A stretch of 64,000 nt of DNA, taken from positions 496,001 to 560,000 of the forward strand of contig NW_027252026.1 of NCBI RefSeq assembly GCF_044704955.1, in the 5' to 3' direction. The first letter of the stretch is position 1, and each line of letters starts with the position of its first letter. This DNA is from Pristiophorus japonicus (Eukaryota). A program made the position numbers and the translations under genes. The notes beneath the pieces were generated by a model. The model was given only the letters and a program-made list of their open reading frames with translations. It was not told the DNA's origin and ran no database searches. Below are positions 48,101 to 59,701 of this stretch, in pieces.

Positions 48101-51100
48101 GGTCTTTGGCCAGGGACTCTCGGTGTCAGTGATGGTGTCGCACTCTATCAGGGAGGCTTTGAGGGTGTCATTGCACCATTTCCGCTGCTCACCTTTGGCT
48201 CATTTGCCGTGAAGGAGCTCCGCATAGTTCACTTGCTGTAGGAATCTCGTGTCTGACATGCGAACTATGTGGCCTGCCCAGCGAAGCTGACCGTGTGTGG
48301 TCAGTGCTTCAGTGCTGGGAATGATAGCCTGGACGTGGTCGCTAATGTTGGTGCGCCTGTCCTCCGAGGGGATTAGTAGGATCTTGCGAAGACATCGTTG
48401 GTGCTATATTTCCAGCGAATTGAGGTGTCTTCTGTACATCGTCCATGCCCCTGAGCCATACAGGAGGGTATTACTACAGCCCTATAGAGCATGAGCTTGG
48501 TGGTAGATAAAGGTCCTCCACCAGCCTGTCCTTGCCGCAAAGCACTGTCCCCCAGTCATCAAGTTCCATGGCGTGGCCCCCGACAACCTGGACCATTTCC
48601 CTTACCTCAGGAGCCTCTTATCAACAAAAGCAGATGTTGATGCGGAGATTCAACACCGCCTCCAGTGCGCCAGTGCAGCCTTCGGCCACCTGAGGAAAAG
48701 AGTGTTCGAAGTCCAGGCCCTGAAATCTACCACTAAGCTCATGGTCTACAGGGCTGTAGTAATACCCGCCCGCCTGTATGGGTCAGGGGCATCGACGATG
48801 TAGAGAAGACACCTCAAGTCGCTGGAGATATATCATCAATGATGTCTCCGCAAGATTCTTCGTATCCCGTGGAAGGACAGACGCACCAACATCAGTGTCC
48901 TTGCCTAGGCTAACATCCCCAGCTTGGGCAGGTCACTTAGTTCGCATGCCAGACACGATGCTCCCAAAGCAAGCGCTCTATGCAGCACACCTTCATGGCA
49001 AACGAGCCAAAGGTGGGCAGTGGAGACGTTGCAAGGACACCCTCAAAGCCTCCCTGGTGAAGTGAGACATCACCACCGACACCTGGGAGACCCTGGCCGA
49101 AGACCGCCTTAGGTGGAGAAAGTGCATTCGGGAGGGTGTTGAGTTCTTCGAATCTCAACGCTGCGAGTGTGAAGAGGTCAGGTGCAGGCAGCGGAAGGAA
49201 CGTGTGGTAAATCAGTGCCACCCCACCCTTTCCACGACGAATGTCTGTCCCACCTGTGACAGGGTCTGTGGTTCTCGTGTTGGACTGTTCAGCCACTAAA
49301 GAACTCACTTTAGTAGTGGAAGCAAGTCTTCCTCGATTCCGAGAGACTGCCTCTGATGATTGATTGGTCACTTTTCCCTGAAATGCTTATCTCAGAGGGT
49401 TATCCTGATAGTTAAATGAGGGGAGACAGGGGGGAGGCTCGAGTGGACCATAAACGCTAGCATGGACTGGTTGAGCCGAATGGCCTGTTTCTGTGCTGTA
49501 ATCGATGTAATCATTCACCTCCATAAGACTTTACAATGCTTTATCCAGACCGTAATGTCCTTTGTACCATCTAGTCCATCATTCCCGATTAGGACCTGGA
49601 ATGCAGGTCAGTAACCTTCGAAACCCGTTCCTGCTCCACGTCCCCAAACAGTGATCAGCAGCCTCGGGATGTGAATGGTCCAATAGGACAGTGTACACTT
49701 TCAGTCTCAGTGCCGGGCAAGTCAGCATGTCTACAGACAGACTGTATGACAGTAGTCCGGTATTTCTACAGTCTGGGACCCCCTCCTGGGTCCCTCTGTC
49801 AAGTTGACGTGTTACTTCCCATTGGTGCTTGAACAACGGGGTGACACTCTTGCTGCCACATTTGACCAGGGTGGACATCATCATCATAGGCAGTCCCTCG
49901 GAATAGAGGAAGACGTTCGTCCACTCCTGAAATGAGTACTTTGCTGGCTGAGTAGTCCAATAAGAGAGCCACTGCCTCTGTCACAGGTGGGACAGATAGT
50001 CGTTGAGGGGAAGGCTGGGTGGGACTGGTTTGCCACATGCTCTTTCCGCTGTCTGCGCTTGATTTCCGCACGCTCTTGGCGTTGAGACTCGAGGTGCTCA
50101 TCACCCTCCCGATGCACTTTCTTCACTTAGGGCGGTCTTTGGCCAGGGACTCTCGGTGTCAGTGATGATGTCGCACTCTATCAGGGAGGCTTTGAGGGTG
50201 TCATTGCACCGTTTCCGCTGCTCACCTTTGGCTCATTTGTCGTGAAGGAGCTCCGCATAGTTCACTTGCTGAAGGAATCTCGTGTCTGACATACGAACTA
50301 TGTGGCCTGCCCAGCGAAGCTGACCGAGTGTGGTCAGTGCTTCAGTGCTGGGAATGATAGCCTGGACGTGGTCGCTAATGTTGGTGCGCCTGTCCTCCGA
50401 GGGGATTAGTAGGATCTTGCGAAGACATCGTTGGTGCTATATTTCCAGCGAATTGAAGTGCTTTCTGTACATCGTCCATGCCCCTGAGCCATACAGGAGG
50501 GTATCACTACAGCCCTATAGAGCATGAGCTTGGTGGTAGATAAAGGTCCTCCACCAGCCTGTCCTTGCTGCAAAGCACTGTCCCCCAGTCATCAAGTTCC
50601 ATGCCGTGGCCCCCGACAACCTGGACCATTTCCCTTACCTCAGGAGCCTCTTATCAACAAAAGCAGATGTTGATGCGGAGATTCAACACCGCCTCCAGTG
50701 CGCCAGTGCAGCCTTCGGCCACCTGAGGAAAAGAGTGTTCGAAGTCCAGGCCTTGAAATCTACCACTAAGCTCATGGTCTACATGGCTGTAGTAATACCC
50801 GCCCTCCTGTATGGGTCAGGGGCATGGACGATGTACAGAAGACACCTCAAGTCGCTGGAGATATATCACCAACAATGTCTCCGCAAGATCCTTCATATCC
50901 CGTGGGAGGACAGACGCACCAACATCAGTGTCCTTGCCCAGGCCAACATCCCCAGCATTGAAGCACTGACCACACTCGATCAGCTTCGCTGGGCAGGCCA
51001 CTTAGTTTGCATGGCAGACACGAGACTCCCAAAGCAAGCGCTCTATGCGGCGCTCCTTCATGGTAAACGAGCCAAAGGTGGGCAGCGGAAACGTTACAAA

Positions 51101-51425
51101 GACACCCTCAAAGCCTCCCTGGTGAAGTGTGACATCACCACTGACACCTGGGAGATCCTGGCTGAAGGCCACCTTAGGTGGAGAAAGTGCATTCGGGTGG
51201 GTGTTGAGCTCTTCGAGTCTCAACGCTGCGAGTGTGAAGAGGTCAGGTGCAGGCAGCGGAAGGGGCGTGTGGTAAATCAGTGCCACCCCCCTTCCCTCAA
51301 CGAATGTCTGTCCCACCTGTGACAGGGTCTGTGGCTCTCGTGTTGGACTGTTCAGCCACTAAAGAACTCACTTTAGTCGTGGAAGCAAGTCTTCCTCGAT
51401 TCCGAGGGACTACCTATGATGATGA
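42171..51425. repeat. Tandem array of ~2033-bp units (RTE+ / CR1 tail / unassigned segment / RTE-), 4 full units plus a terminal RTE+
   Basis: The junction aaggtcctcc recurs near 42411, 44442, 46474, 48510 and 50543; recurring ORF fragments in the track. Confidence 0.95.
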
Positions 51426-52880
51426 TTATGGGGCCTTGGAAGTTTGGAATGTAGTTGGTCTTGACTGCGATGAAGAATCCTCGCATATCGTGACTATCGG
51501 CCAGCTGCTGTATCTCCTGTGCTTTCTCCATCCACCACCTTTTTGTTAGGTCCCGGGTTTTTTGTTGGACCTCAGCCTTGAGCCGTCTGTAATGTTACTT
51601 TGCTGCTCCCATGTTGGGTTGTTGTTTGAGGCTCAGAAATGCTCTGCTCTTGCGATCTATTAGTTCTTGGATCACCTGATCATTCTCATCAAACCAGTCC
51701 TGGTGTTTTCTGGTTGAGTGACCAAGTGGTCACAGGCACTGGTTATGGAGGCCTGGAGGGCAGACCAAGCACTGTGGGCATTCAGTATCTCAGGGTTATC
51801 AAGGCATGCCAGGTTAGCTGTGAGGTGCTGGCTGTATAGGTCCATCTTTGCTGGGTCTTCAAGTGCCCCTGCATTGACTTTTTTGTGGCACTGCTTCTGC
51901 TGTCCCCTTCGCTTTGGGGCTTTTAAATGTCGATGATGGATCGGATTAGGCGCTGGTCCGTCCAGCAGTCGTCAGCTCCTGTCATGGCGCGGGTGATGTG
52001 CACATACTTGCAATCCCTGGCTCGGGTGATGACAGTCGAGCAGGTGCCAGTGTTTGGAGCGAGGGTGTTGCCACGATACCTTGTATTTGTCCCTCTGGCG
52101 GAAGAGGATGTTGGTGATGAGAAGTTCATGTTCTGGACATTTTGTCAGGAGTAGGGTACCGCTGGCTTTCTCTATCCCCTCGCTGCCAATCCCAGAGGGC
52201 TGTGTCTTTGCTGACCCTGGCGTGAAGTCACCTCGGAGGATCAGTTTGTCGCCCGCGGGGACACGGGACAGGGATGTTTCGAGGTTGGAATAAAAACCCT
52301 CTTTGGTCTCATCCGTTGCATCGAGTGTAGGGGCCTGCGCAATGATGACCGTGGTGCATCGGTTCCGGGATAGGGTGAGTCGAAGAGTCATGAGGCGTCC
52401 GTTAACCCCACAGGGGGAGTCTTTGAGGTGGCCGACCAGCTCACTTTTGATGGCGAAACCGACTCTGTGAAGGCAGCGTTCTTCCTCTGGCTTTCCGTTC
52501 CAGAAAAAGGTGTAACCTCCACCTTGTTCCTTGAGCTGGGCTTCCTCTGCCCGCCGGGTCTCGCTTAGGATGGCTATGTCGATGTCAAAGCGCCTAAGTT
52601 CCCGGGCGACTATGGCGGTGAGGCGTTCTGGCCTGTCGCTGTTGGAGTTCTCCATGAGGGTCCTGACGTTTCAGGTCCCGAACTTCATGTTAACAAAGTG
52701 AAAGATGGCTGTGTGTGAGTTCTTTTAATGTGGGTTGGTCGTTGCACACGGGCTTAGCTGAGCAAGGTCTTGGTCCAGTGGCAAAGGGGTCCAAGACGAC
52801 TGGAGACCAGGCACTGCTGTATGAGCCGAATTGCCGACAGCGAGATGTTGGCGGCAAGCTCGGTGCTGAGTAGTGCCCTT
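51426..52880 (-). mobile_element. RTE-clade LINE 5' part (5' UTR and AP endonuclease)
   Basis: MKFGT*NVRTL...IAILSETR...GVGFAI...APT...GDF...HPRSKHWHLLD...TDQRL. Confidence 0.9.
52745..52878 (-). ncRNA. HDV-like ribozyme fold in the RTE 5' UTR (partly decayed)
   Basis: P1 GGGCACT/AGTGCCT with leading G.U, then GG, P4 (TCTTGG/CCAAGA), J4/2 CTAA and P2' GCCCGTGTG. Confidence 0.55.
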
Positions 52881-53399
52881 GATTGTAGGTGTCCCGAGGC
52901 TTGGTTGGGGCAGGCATTAGGAAGGTCAGTTGTCCGCTGGAGTTCCGAGGGATGTTTTAAAAAGTTTCTTCCAAAGTTTAAAAAATAAGTTTTCCAAAAT
53001 TATGTAACACTTTCTCCAGAGGTTTTAAACTAATTTCTCCAAGTTGTTTAAAAGTTTAAAAGTTTTCCCAAATTGTTTTAAAAGTTTCTCAAGTTGATTA
53101 AAAGTTTAAAAGTTTATTAAAAGCTTCTTAAAAGTTTAAGATGTAAGTCAGTAGTAGGTTACTCCCTTGGCACTGCTCCATGGGCACTGCCAGCCCTCTG
53201 CAGCTGCACAAAGCCCTGGGCAGACCACACCCGGAGTACTGCGGGGAAGTAGCGGCCCAGTCGTCCCCAAAGGGGGCCCGAATGCCCGGACTCCACCGGG
53301 GACAGGCCCAGACGTCACTGGGGAGAGGCCTGGATGCCACTGGGGGCCCGAGCGCAAGCTGGGTGTATTGAGCAGTAGTTTTGGGTAGTTCCAGCCCTG

Positions 53400-54100
53400 G
53401 AGTCCCTTCGGTCGGGGTCGACAATACTACAGTCAGCACAGTCAGCCGCTCTGTGATTCACCCTGACAAGTGGATGATCCACACTGAGATAGTCCAGAAT
53501 ATCTTCAGCACTTTGAGGCTTACCAGATCGATGGACTTGCTCGTATCACCGGACAATCGGCAATCTGCTCGAGGACCTCAGGCAGTCAGGCGGAGGCTGG
53601 ACAGTCTTTCGTTCTTTAGTTTCTAGATTCTGTTGCTCAGGGGTTGCCTGATCTCCAGGATGCTACAGAAAATTGCAGCAGATGGTGATTCTGGTTAACC
53701 CTTTCCTTGCCTCACAAACCGTGTTTCTCATACACCCGCGTGTTGAATATTGCCGGTCTGACTTCAGAAGCTCACAGGAGTCATTTACAGATTAAAGACA
53801 AGCCTACTTTTTTTTAGGGAATCGTTATTTTTCATTCCAACATGCTCCACATACTGTTGGACACTGACCAACTGGTAGTCAGGGTGAGAAGGGTGGGCCC
53901 TGTAAGGGAACAGACTCTCCAACTCCCAGGACAAATTGATCAAAGTCAGTGTTATTCAGGGACACCAGCGCCAGATCGAAACAGCAAACTGCATCAGCAG
54001 GATCTGGATTTGGATCTTGCCAGCTTCTGATTGGTAGCCTGGCTGTTGAGATGGCATGCCCATCAGAGTAGGGTGTACCCATGGGTAATAATCACTTTAT
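53400..54100 (+). mobile_element. DIRS-type retrotransposon relic (RNase H and methyltransferase-like region)
   Basis: VDNTT; KWMIHTEIVQNIF...MDLLVSPDNRQ; MVILV.P; LVAWLL, in DIRS order. Confidence 0.6.
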
Positions 54101-54865
54101 CACGTCTGTCTGGTCACTTAAGCCTCCTTTCTCATCCTCCTCGTCTATTTGGATGGTTGCCAGCAGTGCGTGGAGAATGCCCAAATGAAGATCAGCTCCT
54201 TTGTAAGCTGTTCCCTTGTAAGCTCCTCTTCATTCTTCAAGTGACGGCATTTTCAAGCTACCTGGTTGTCTCTTGTGTCTTTTGGGGAGGGAAGTGAATG
54301 GATTCTCCTCATTCTGGGTTGTCTTTGGGTGTCAACAAACTGAGTTCTGGAGTGTGCTAAAGTTAACACAGCATGGGAGCCGCGTAAATTGTGCCGATGC
54401 ACCCCGATAATTAGGTCCCCATCCCCAACCGCCTCACCCCCCTTGAACCCTCCCATTTGGCCCATTAATGTTTAGGAGCTGATGTTTCATCCATTCATTG
54501 CTGCTGGCTCTGTAACTCAATTCCAATCCACTGAGCATGGCAGGGCCCAAAGGAATGGCAAATGAAAGGGGTCACAGTTAGCGCTTTCAAAAACAGATTG
54601 GCGACAGTGTTTGTGCAAGCCGGAATGACATCAAAGTGAAAACTCGGGACAAGCCGCTGACGGGTTTCAAGTCATCATCGAATGTTGTCTGCTGGTACAG
54701 AGCATCTCAGTTGTGTGGGACAGACTGGATGGAGCAACGGGTCTTTTCCTGTCCTCATTTATGTTTCAAGTCACGTTATTTCAACAACTAAAATGTGAGA
54801 AGTTTAACATCGGGAAATAAAGGTGCAATGAAGATTAACGAACTTACTCTGTGTTTCCTGATTTA

Positions 54866-56762
54866 CATAAGAACATAAGAACATAAGAATTAGGAACAGG
54901 AGTAGGCCATCTAGCCCCTCGAGCCTGCTCCCCCATTCAACAAGATCATGGCTGATCTGGCCGTGGACTCAGCTCCACTTACCCGCCCGCTCCCCGTAAC
55001 CCTTAATTCCCTTATTGGTTAAAAATCTATCTCTCTGTGATTTGAATACATTCAATGAGCTAGCCTCAACTGCTTCCTTGGGCAGAGAATTCCAAGATTC
55101 ACAACCCTCTGGGAGAAGAAATTCCTTCTCAAATCGGTTTTAAATTGGCTCCCCAATATTTTGAGGCTGTGCCCCCTAGTTCTAGTCTCCCCGACCAGTG
55201 GAAACAACCTCTCTGCCTCTATCTTATCTATCCCTTTCATTATTTTAAATGTTTCCATAAGATCACCCCTCGTCCTTCTGAACTCCAACGAGTAAAGACC
55301 CAGTCTACTCAATCTATCTTCATAAGGTAACCCCCTCATCTCCGGAATCAGCCTAGTGAATCGTCTCTGTACCCACTCCAAAGCTAGTATATCCTTCCTT
55401 AAGTAAGATGACCAAAACTGAACACATTACTCCAGGTGCGGCCTCACCAATACCCTATAGAGTTGCAGCAGGACCTCCCTGCTTTTGTACTCCATCCCTC
55501 TCGCAATGAAGGCCAACATTCCATTCGCCTTCCTGATTACCTGCTGCACCTGCAAATTAACTTTTTGGGATTCATGCACAAGGACCCCCAGGTCCCTCTG
55601 CACCGCAGCATGTTGCAATTTCTCCCCATTCAAATAATTTTTTCCAAGGTGGATGACCTCACACTTTCCTACATTGTATTCCATCTGCCAAACCTTAGCC
55701 CATTCGCTTAACCTATCTAAATCTCTTTGCAGCCTCTCTGTGTCCTCTACACAACCCACTTTCCCACTAATCTTTGTGTCATCTGCAAATTTTGTTACAC
55801 TGCACTCTGTCCCCTCTTCCAGGTCATCTATGTATATTGTAAACAGTTGTTGTCCCAGCACCGATCCCTGTGGCACACCACTAACCACCGATTTCCAACC
55901 CAAAAAGGACCCATTTATCCCGATTCTCTGCTTTCTGTTAACCAGCCAATTCTCTCTCCATGCTAATACATTTCCTCTGACTCCGCGTACCTTTATCTTC
56001 TCCAGTAAGCTTTTGTGTGGCAACTTATCAAATGCCTTTTGGAAATCTAAATACACCACATCCATCGGTACACCTTTATCCACCATGCTCGTTATATCCT
56101 CAAAGAATTCCAGTAAATTAGTTAAACATGATTTCCCCTTCATGAATCCATGTTGCGTCTGTTTGATTGCACTATTTCTATCTAGATGTCCCGCTATTTC
56201 TTTCTTAATGATAGCTTCAAGCATTTTCCCCACTACAGATGTTAAACTAACTGGCCTATAGTTACCTGCCTTTTGTCTGCCCCCTTTTTTAATAAGAGGC
56301 GTTACATTAGCTGCTCTCCAATCCGCTGGTACCTCCCCAGAGTCCAGAGAATTTGGGGAGATTATAACGAATGCATCTGCTATAACTTCCGCCATCTCTT
56401 TTAATACCCTGAGATGCATTTCATCAGGACATGGGGACTTGCCTACCTTGAGTCCCATTAGCCTGTCCAGCACTAACCCCTAGTGTTAGTGATTGTCTCG
56501 AGGTGCTCCCTTCCCACATTCCCATGACCAGCAATTTTTGGCATGGTTTTTGTGTCTTCCACTGTGAAGACCAAAGCAAAATAATTGTTTAAGGTCTCAG
56601 CCATTTCCACATTTCCCATTATTAAATCCCCCTTCTCATCTTCTAAGGGACTAACATTTACTTTAGTCACTCTTTTCCGTTTTATATATCGGTAAAAGCT
56701 TTTACTATCTGTTTTTATGTTTTGCACAAGTTTACTTTTGTAATCTATCTTTCCTTTCTTTA
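54866..56762 (-). mobile_element. CR1/HER1-type LINE, 5'-truncated
   Basis: 348-aa RT fragment; same subfamily as 1566-3715; (cataagaa)n tail. Confidence 0.95.
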
Positions 56763-57504
56763 CACCTTTGTGCACAGATCATAGCAAGGAACAAAGGGGG
56801 AGGGTTGAGTTCTTCGATGGGGAGTTTGCAGACTGTGGATTGTCCTTGGGCTGAGCTACTGACTGGGTGAACTCTCTGAGCCACACACCAGGCAGGGCCC
56901 AGAGACAATCCTCAGTCTGCACATACAAACCTACAAAAGGACCATCAGTAGATAAAGACTCTCAGACAGCATAACCTCGCCTGCTCCTGTCCCACCTCCA
57001 GTAACGCTATCTCTTGGAACAAACAAAGGAATGTGGCCAATTCAGGAAAAAAACCTCTGGGCAATTGCTCTACAACTCCCTGAGGCTCCAGGGAGAGCAT
57101 TGCTGCTCCAGTAACATCACAATCTAAAGTGGCCTCTCACTCCCCGTAACTGCCAGTGTCCGCTCAGAAACTTTTCAACTTCCCCTGTAAAATAAATGAG
57201 TGTAGTGCCCCAACACTCACCCTCTGTTACTCACCACATGCTGCACACGTTTGCTCCAGAGGGTGATGACTCTGTGACAAGCCATGGACTCATACAGCAC
57301 GGAAGGAGGCTATTCAGCCCATTATGTCTATGCTGGACCTTTGCACGAGCCACACAAAAGTCCCATTCCCCTGCTCCCTCCCCACAGTCCCACAAATGGC
57401 TCCCAACCACCCGCTGCCCTCCCAGCACACATCTAATTCTCTCCTTGTTCCCTTCCCACAGCCCTGTAAGTGTCTCCCACACCCCCTGCCCTCTCAGCTG
57501 GAAG

Positions 57505-58541
57505 TGGTTTCCCTTCGGTGTTTTCGAAGCATCCCCACTTTACAATAGTTCTAACGCTGGGAATTATTACTGTACCGAACAGATGGATGAGTCAGGGATG
57601 GGTACCTTGGTCCGAGTACTGGCAATGCTTTTATTAAAGTTAAAACACACACTTGCACCCAGTACAAACACACCCTGGTAGTGTAATAAAAACAAACGCA
57701 GTACAACACACAGTCTGGCCTGTCTAAACCTACTGCGAAGTACCCACGTCTAAAACACCTCCCCTGAAAATCCCTAAGATATTGGTTGGGAGAACGCACG
57801 ATACCCCCTCACACCGTGACTGTGATCTTAAAAGATGTGTGTGCAGAAATGATGCTCACCGATTCGCTGGCTTCCTCACTGCTTCTTCCGATGAAAAGGT
57901 GTCTCTTCTGGTTTCTTCTCTCCATCCCACATGGAGGGTTGGATTCTTGTCGAGGCGAAACAGCGATGCAAGAGAGAGAGAGAGTGACCACACGGCCTCT
58001 TTTATATCCCAGTACTGTCTGTCCTTTCAGGCTGAATAAAGTTTGTTTCAAGGCAAGACTTCCTGTGGGTGTGTCTTCTGCTTTTAGCTCAATAAAGTTT
58101 CTCCCTTTGTTTCGAGGTTTCCTGTTTTTCCAGTGATGGGTTTTGCTTCCGAGCAGTCTGGGGCTTAATGGCTTTCTATTGTTCTGGTATCTCATCCAGG
58201 TAATGGCTCCATCACGGATCAGTTCACTTGACCAGTTCACATTGCTGAACAAAACACAGTCCATTTGCTCATCACCTGCAATAAATTGCCTTAGCGTGGC
58301 CATTGTCTTCCCAGAACCCCTGCCCATCATTCTAAGTCCATCATAGCCGCACCTGGGCCCCTTCCAGCTTTTTCTGCGGTGAGAAAAACATTAAAACGCA
58401 AATCCTTGGGGATTAAAACGCAATGTCCAGATCCTTGGGGATTCGTTGCTTACAGTCCTTACAGTCTCCCCTATGATATTTCAAGAGTCTTCGAGAACAT
58501 ATCAACGTCCGCTGGTGACCAAGCCTCGTGGTTCCCAACCA
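57505..58541 (-). repeat. 3' LTR (~1.04 kb) of a lokiretrovirus-like element
   Basis: Inverted termini TGGTT...AACCA; preceded by TTTTAAAAGTAAAAAGGGATAGGA (PPT-like); TATAAAA near 58000-58006; AATAAA near 57630. Confidence 0.7.
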
Positions 58542-58637
58542 ATCCTATCCCTTTTTACTTTTAAAACACCCCGAATATACATCCCTGAAATACAACCGTG
58601 CATCGCACTGTTACCATGGAGATACAGAACGTTACAT

Positions 58638-59539
58638 TCACGGTTCGTTAACTGCAGCCTCCCATCGACTCCGGAGCATCTGACTTCTCTTTTTACAAGA
58701 AATACACAACAGGTATATCACAATCAAACACTGTACAATGACGAGAGCATGTGAGCATATCTGGATCCACGGAGGAACCTCCACACTTATACCAAGGTCC
58801 CACCAGGACGGGGCATTTATCCCTTTAATTCTTTCCCCTGTGTTCCGGTTCGTCTGTTCCAGCGTGAAATAATGTTTTTGGGGTTAGCTCGATGGCCTTT
58901 AATAACGTTGTTAGGTGTCCCGGCTCAAAAGGAATCTGATACCTGAACTGGGTAATGTACTGTTGCAGGTTCGGGATCGTGTTGTTTACCGTAATGTGTA
59001 CCGTGGATGGTTCTGGGATCGGAATAATACCTTCCTGTGCCACTTGAACTTCGGCGTGGGGTTTGAAGCAGAAAGTGCTGTCATTGCCGGACACCAAGTG
59101 TCCCGGTGCATTCGATACCGGTCCACACTCGTGGTTACACAGTATGTCCCGTCGCCCACATGTGCTACCTGAGGTGGGACGTGGCTCTAGGCCCTCACCT
59201 CCATGGGGCAATTGATGAGCTCGTGCCTCTTGGATTCAAACCCACACTCTGGCCGATCGAATGCGTTCAAATGCTGGGGACACAATATGACGTGTGCACC
59301 CCTGCTCTGGCACCCCTTGAATCAGAGTATTTCGTTGAAGTCGACCCCAGCCACCCTGGCCTCCTTCCCTCGTGGAAGTAGGCTGTCATCCCATCCGTGT
59401 CCCCTGTCCGACCCCCCTGTGTGAGGGTGGGTCTGTTCCCCCCAGTACATCCGTAGAGGAAGGACAACTCGGTGTCCCCCCTCCTGCTGTACCCTGTTCC
59501 GGCCAAGCTCCAAAGAACGATTACCAGGGTTGTCTCCAT
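58638..59539 (-). pseudogene. env: Non-gamma, Cys-rich envelope glycoprotein (lokiretrovirus/F-protein-like), internally deleted
   Basis: Acceptor tcttcacag| before the signal peptide METTLVIVLWSLAGTG; GCQSRGAHVILCPQH...ECGF...NCPMEV...TYCVTT...FCFKP; SWWD followed by TM ALVIVQCLIVIYLLCISC and KKR; no ISD or CX6CC. Confidence 0.75.
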
Positions 59540-59701
59540 CTTTCTCTCGGCTTCCTGTGAAGATACAAAGAAACAACAACCTTTTTGTGAGAGGGTATAC
59601 CTCCACAGGTCTGGCTTCATCAAAAGACACTTTGTAAAACAGGAAACTGAGAGGGACACTATATACACCGCCACCCGTCTCTGGGTGGCCCCGCTAGGTC
59701 T

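Noticed and set aside
58300-58330. P-loop NTPase in the LTR ORF (GRGSGKT)
   Set aside because: Spacing does not fit GxxxxGK[ST] and no Walker B or other fold support is visible.
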